From an uncultured Planctomycetia bacterium (GTDB lineage: Bacteria > Omnitrophota > Gorgyraeia > Duberdicusellales > 4484-171), in the NCBI GenBank assembly GCA_964629655.1, contig CAZVQU010000002.1:396878-460877 (forward strand): DNA of 64,000 nt, written 5' to 3'. Each line of letters starts with the position of its first letter. The first letter of the stretch is position 1. This document shows, one piece after another, positions 61,493-64,000 of this stretch. The position numbers were made by a program, and so were the translations under genes. Below the pieces are notes generated by a model that was not told the DNA's origin, ran no database searches, and saw only the letters and a list, made by a program, of their open reading frames with translations.

Positions 61493-62431
61493 TTACTTTG
61501 TCTTGGATTGAATATAATCTTCTATCACCTTTCGGTGGTCAAAAGCTATTTTCCCCGGCAAGGAATCTAATCTAAAAACTCCTGAGTCCTTAGCATCAGA
61601 ATCTGCTCTTAGGTTCCCCTTACCTTCACCGATAAACACAACTGAAGTAGTATGAAAACGCGGGTCCCTATCACCTTGGGAGTAAACTTTAAACTGTTTG
61701 AAATTTTCAAAATTAAGGCTAGTCTCTTCCTTAACCTCTCTGGCTACTGCCGCCTCGACGCTCTCGCCATAGTCAACGAACCCTCCCGGTAAAGCCCAGC
61801 CTAGGGGAGGATTACTGCGCTCAATCATTACAATTCCTCCTCTGTATTCAACTATCCCATCTACGGTAAGAAAAGGACCGGCACTTATCTTCTTACTTAT
61901 ATATTCAAGATAGCTAATTACATTCTTCTCGAAAACCTTAAAGGATTTATCCGAATTTAAAACAAATATTATTTTCTCTAAAGTCGGCTCCTTAACCTGC
62001 CAAAGATATCTAAATACTTCTTGAGCCATTATCTTTGAAGCAGCCTGGAGACTAAACCTTCCCGTTCCACAACCTAAGGCACAGAAAGCAATTGAGCTAA
62101 GCTTATTTTCTTGAGCGCAGATTAAGGACGAATAAGTAGCTCGGCGTATAATCTCCTCGTCAGTCTTAAAATCCATCTTCATTGTGGCAGCATGGACTAC
62201 ATATTTAGCTTTTAAACTCCCGGCTGAGGTTATAATTGCTTGCCCAAGGTTAACCGGACCCTTTTTCATAGCTTCTTGTTCAATTATTCTTCCGCCGGCT
62301 GCCTTTATTGCTCCAGCCACACCTCCGCCCATACGAAATTCATTGTTGGCAGCATTTACTACTGCCTCAGTAGAGCTTTCAGTAATGTCACCCTTAACTA
62401 TCAGAATCTCGGTATTGTTTAATTTCATCAA
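61493..62431 (-). CDS. macro domain (ADP-ribose binding/processing) fused to a NUDIX hydrolase (312 aa)
   Basis: N-terminal macro motifs (ILIVKGDITESSTEAVVNAANNEFRMGGGVAGAI). C-terminal Nudix box (LPGGFVDYGESVEAAVAREVKEETSL). Confidence 0.75.
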   Translation of the reverse strand: MMKLNNTEILIVKGDITESSTEAVVNAANNEFRMGGGVAGAIKAAGGRIIEQEAMKKGPVNLGQAIITSAGSLKAKYVVHAATMKMDFKTDEEIIRRATYSSLICAQENKLSSIAFCALGCGTGRFSLQAASKIMAQEVFRYLWQVKEPTLEKIIFVLNSDKSFKVFEKNVISYLEYISKKISAGPFLTVDGIVEYRGGIVMIERSNPPLGWALPGGFVDYGESVEAAVAREVKEETSLNFENFKQFKVYSQGDRDPRFHTTSVVFIGEGKGNLRADSDAKDSGVFRLDSLPGKIAFDHRKVIEDYIQSKTK

Positions 62432-62442
62432 TGATTCTTCCC

Positions 62443-63873
62443 TTATCCGGCTTTGCTTATAATCTCTCTTGCTCTCTTTAAGGCCTCTTGTTTTGTGGAA
62501 ATCTTGCCTAAAACCTGTTCTTCTTTTACTTTTTGCAAAATTACTCCGACCAAAAGGCCGGATGGAATTTTAAACTTCCTCATAATATTATGCCCATCTA
62601 TTAACCTCGGTAAAGGTTTCTTTTTCTTATCCCCAAAGTACTTATCTACTAAATCCAGCATGATTTCCTCATGCCTTTTCCTCTTTTTGGCATCAGTAAG
62701 AGGCCCCCGGGTTGCCCGCCAATCTGAGAGCGAAAGAATTATTACAGCCGGCCCTTGCTCTTGGGTATCTCGGAAAAACCGGTAAATTGCCCGCTGGGAA
62801 GGATTAACCTGATCAGCTAAATAGCCCGGCCGAAGATGCCAGAAGATTAACTTCATCAGGAGACTCTTCTCTCTTAAAGATAAACGTAAGTTATCAGCTA
62901 TTTTTCCAGCCAGATCCCGGCCTATTTTTTCATGGGCATAAAAAATGGTTTTCTTATTTAGCCTCTTTTTAGCCTTAGGTTTACCGATATCATGCAGGAG
63001 ACAAGCTAATTTTATAATTTGGATTCTTCTTCTCTGGCTGGCTAACTCCTGATTAAGATAAGCTGCTATTTCTTCATTCTTTGCTAACCTCTTAGAAAAG
63101 AAAAGCTCAAATTGTCGTAGAGCCTCCAGAGAGTGCTTCCAGACATCAAGGTGATGGTATGCTCCCTGACCAACACCGCGCATCTTTACAATTTCAGGGA
63201 TAAACTCATCGATTATCTTTAACTTATCGATTACCTTAATAACCTCATAAGAGTTATTGGAAGCAAGTATTTTGAATAGCTCTTGGTTTATTCTCTCTTT
63301 TGAGACCTTTTTGATTAAGCTCTTATGCTTAACCATTAATTTTAAAGTCTTAGCATTAATTCGAAAACCATAATTAGCAACAAATGAAAAACCCCTTAAA
63401 ATCCTTAAAGGATCTCCAGCTATAACTTCATCTTTTACCACCTTGATTACCTTGGCTCCTATATCCTTGCGGGCCTGGAAGTAATCGATAAGTTCTGGCC
63501 TCTTCGCCGATAAAGAGATCGCTAAGGTATTGATGGCGAAATCCCTTAAAGCTAAATCTTCTTTTATGGTTTCACCACGCATAGCGGTAAAATCATAAGT
63601 ATAGATTTTACCTCTCTTCTTTAAAACTACCCGGAAAGACTCCTGAGTCTTATCAAGAGTAATGAATTTAGAAGAGACACTCTTAGCAAATTCCTTTACA
63701 AGGGCTAAGGTTTCTTTCTCAACACAGAAATCAAAATCTACCAACTCTTTCTTTATTCTAAGGTAAGTGTCGCGTAAGACTCCTCCTACCAACCAGATAC
63801 TTAGATTGCGACCTCGGGCAATACGAGAAATTACGGAAAGGTAAGGAATGTTTTTTAAAAGGGAGGAAAACAA
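62443..63873 (-). CDS. cca: CCA tRNA nucleotidyltransferase / poly(A) polymerase-family protein with an HD domain
   Basis: Pol-beta head motif (GGVLRD…DFDF), RNA-binding neck, and an HD domain (LHDIGKP…, H…D). Confidence 0.8.
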   Translation of the reverse strand: MFSSLLKNIPYLSVISRIARGRNLSIWLVGGVLRDTYLRIKKELVDFDFCVEKETLALVKEFAKSVSSKFITLDKTQESFRVVLKKRGKIYTYDFTAMRGETIKEDLALRDFAINTLAISLSAKRPELIDYFQARKDIGAKVIKVVKDEVIAGDPLRILRGFSFVANYGFRINAKTLKLMVKHKSLIKKVSKERINQELFKILASNNSYEVIKVIDKLKIIDEFIPEIVKMRGVGQGAYHHLDVWKHSLEALRQFELFFSKRLAKNEEIAAYLNQELASQRRRIQIIKLACLLHDIGKPKAKKRLNKKTIFYAHEKIGRDLAGKIADNLRLSLREKSLLMKLIFWHLRPGYLADQVNPSQRAIYRFFRDTQEQGPAVIILSLSDWRATRGPLTDAKKRKRHEEIMLDLVDKYFGDKKKKPLPRLIDGHNIMRKFKIPSGLLVGVILQKVKEEQVLGKISTKQEALKRAREIISKAG

Positions 63874-63888
63874 TTTTTCTTTTAACTC

Positions 63889-64000
63889 CTAAGATAATTT
63901 TTCTAAGACTTGCTCTTCTACGAAGATAGGAGATTTACTCCTTACAGCTAGTGCGATGCTGTCTGAAGGACGGGCATCAACCACTTTAGGTTTTTTTTCG
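63889..64000 (-). CDS. 3' end of an unidentified ORF that continues past the window end
   Basis: The reverse frame reads …[36 protein letters not shown] with its stop at 63889-63891. No recognisable motif in the 37 visible residues. Confidence 0.3.
   Translation of the reverse strand, partial: EKKPKVVDARPSDSIALAVRSKSPIFVEEQVLEKLS

Noticed and set aside
1-64000. CRISPR arrays, rRNA or tRNA genes, insertion sequences
   Set aside because: No short direct repeats with unique spacers outside coding repeats. The intergenic regions are short (3152-3444, 32460-32640, 38379-38533, 47523-47796, 48556-48657) and show no cloverleaf-compatible or rRNA-like sequence. No transposase-like ORF on either strand.
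63889-64000. Identity of the truncated ORF at the right edge
   Set aside because: Only 37 C-terminal residues are visible and they carry no diagnostic motif. It is reported as a low-confidence partial CDS only.

Overview
This 64 kb window is AT-rich and every supportable gene lies on the minus strand. Conserved housekeeping genes sit at both ends. The left end carries an F-type ATP synthase fragment (atpE, an atpF/atpH fusion, atpA). The right end carries truA-asd-leuB-leuD-leuC, the classic yceD-rpmF-plsX-fabH-fabD-fabG-acpP-fabF cluster, then coaD, rsmD, recG, a macro-Nudix fusion and cca. Between them lies a roughly 45 kb accessory region dominated by one uninterrupted ORF of 28,260 nt (9,419 aa, coordinates 4200-32459). 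The N-terminal signal-anchor and the domain types suggest a giant extracellular or surface protein. From the N-terminus it has an N-terminal signal-anchor, DUF2341-like and LamG (concanavalin-A-like) modules, and a 90-aa lysine/arginine-rich segment. About 3,100 aa then form 10-11 glycine-rich repeats of 290-400 aa that may adopt a beta-helix fold. More DUF2341/LamG modules follow, then two tandem arrays of 90-aa Ig-like domains and an acidic helical C-terminus. Directly upstream are a HisKA_3 histidine kinase and a NarL/LuxR-type response regulator. Further upstream are two paralogous modules: a small MerR-like HTH gene (100% identical DNA in both copies), a GspD/PilQ-family secretin, and a coiled-coil protein with a C-terminal TPR. 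One coiled-coil protein is 308 aa. The other is a 2,263-aa secreted protein built from nested tandem repeats. Blocks of 100% DNA identity between the two modules indicate recent gene conversion. Downstream of the giant gene are a 244-aa protein with signal peptide and C-terminal anchor, and a receiver-GGDEF diguanylate cyclase. I found no rRNA, tRNA, CRISPR array or transposase. The architecture resembles the giant-gene plus type-II-secretion-like arrangements reported for Omnitrophota-like lineages. That taxonomic placement is an inference from sequence composition and gene content, not a database hit. All domain calls are by-eye motif recognition and need HMM confirmation.
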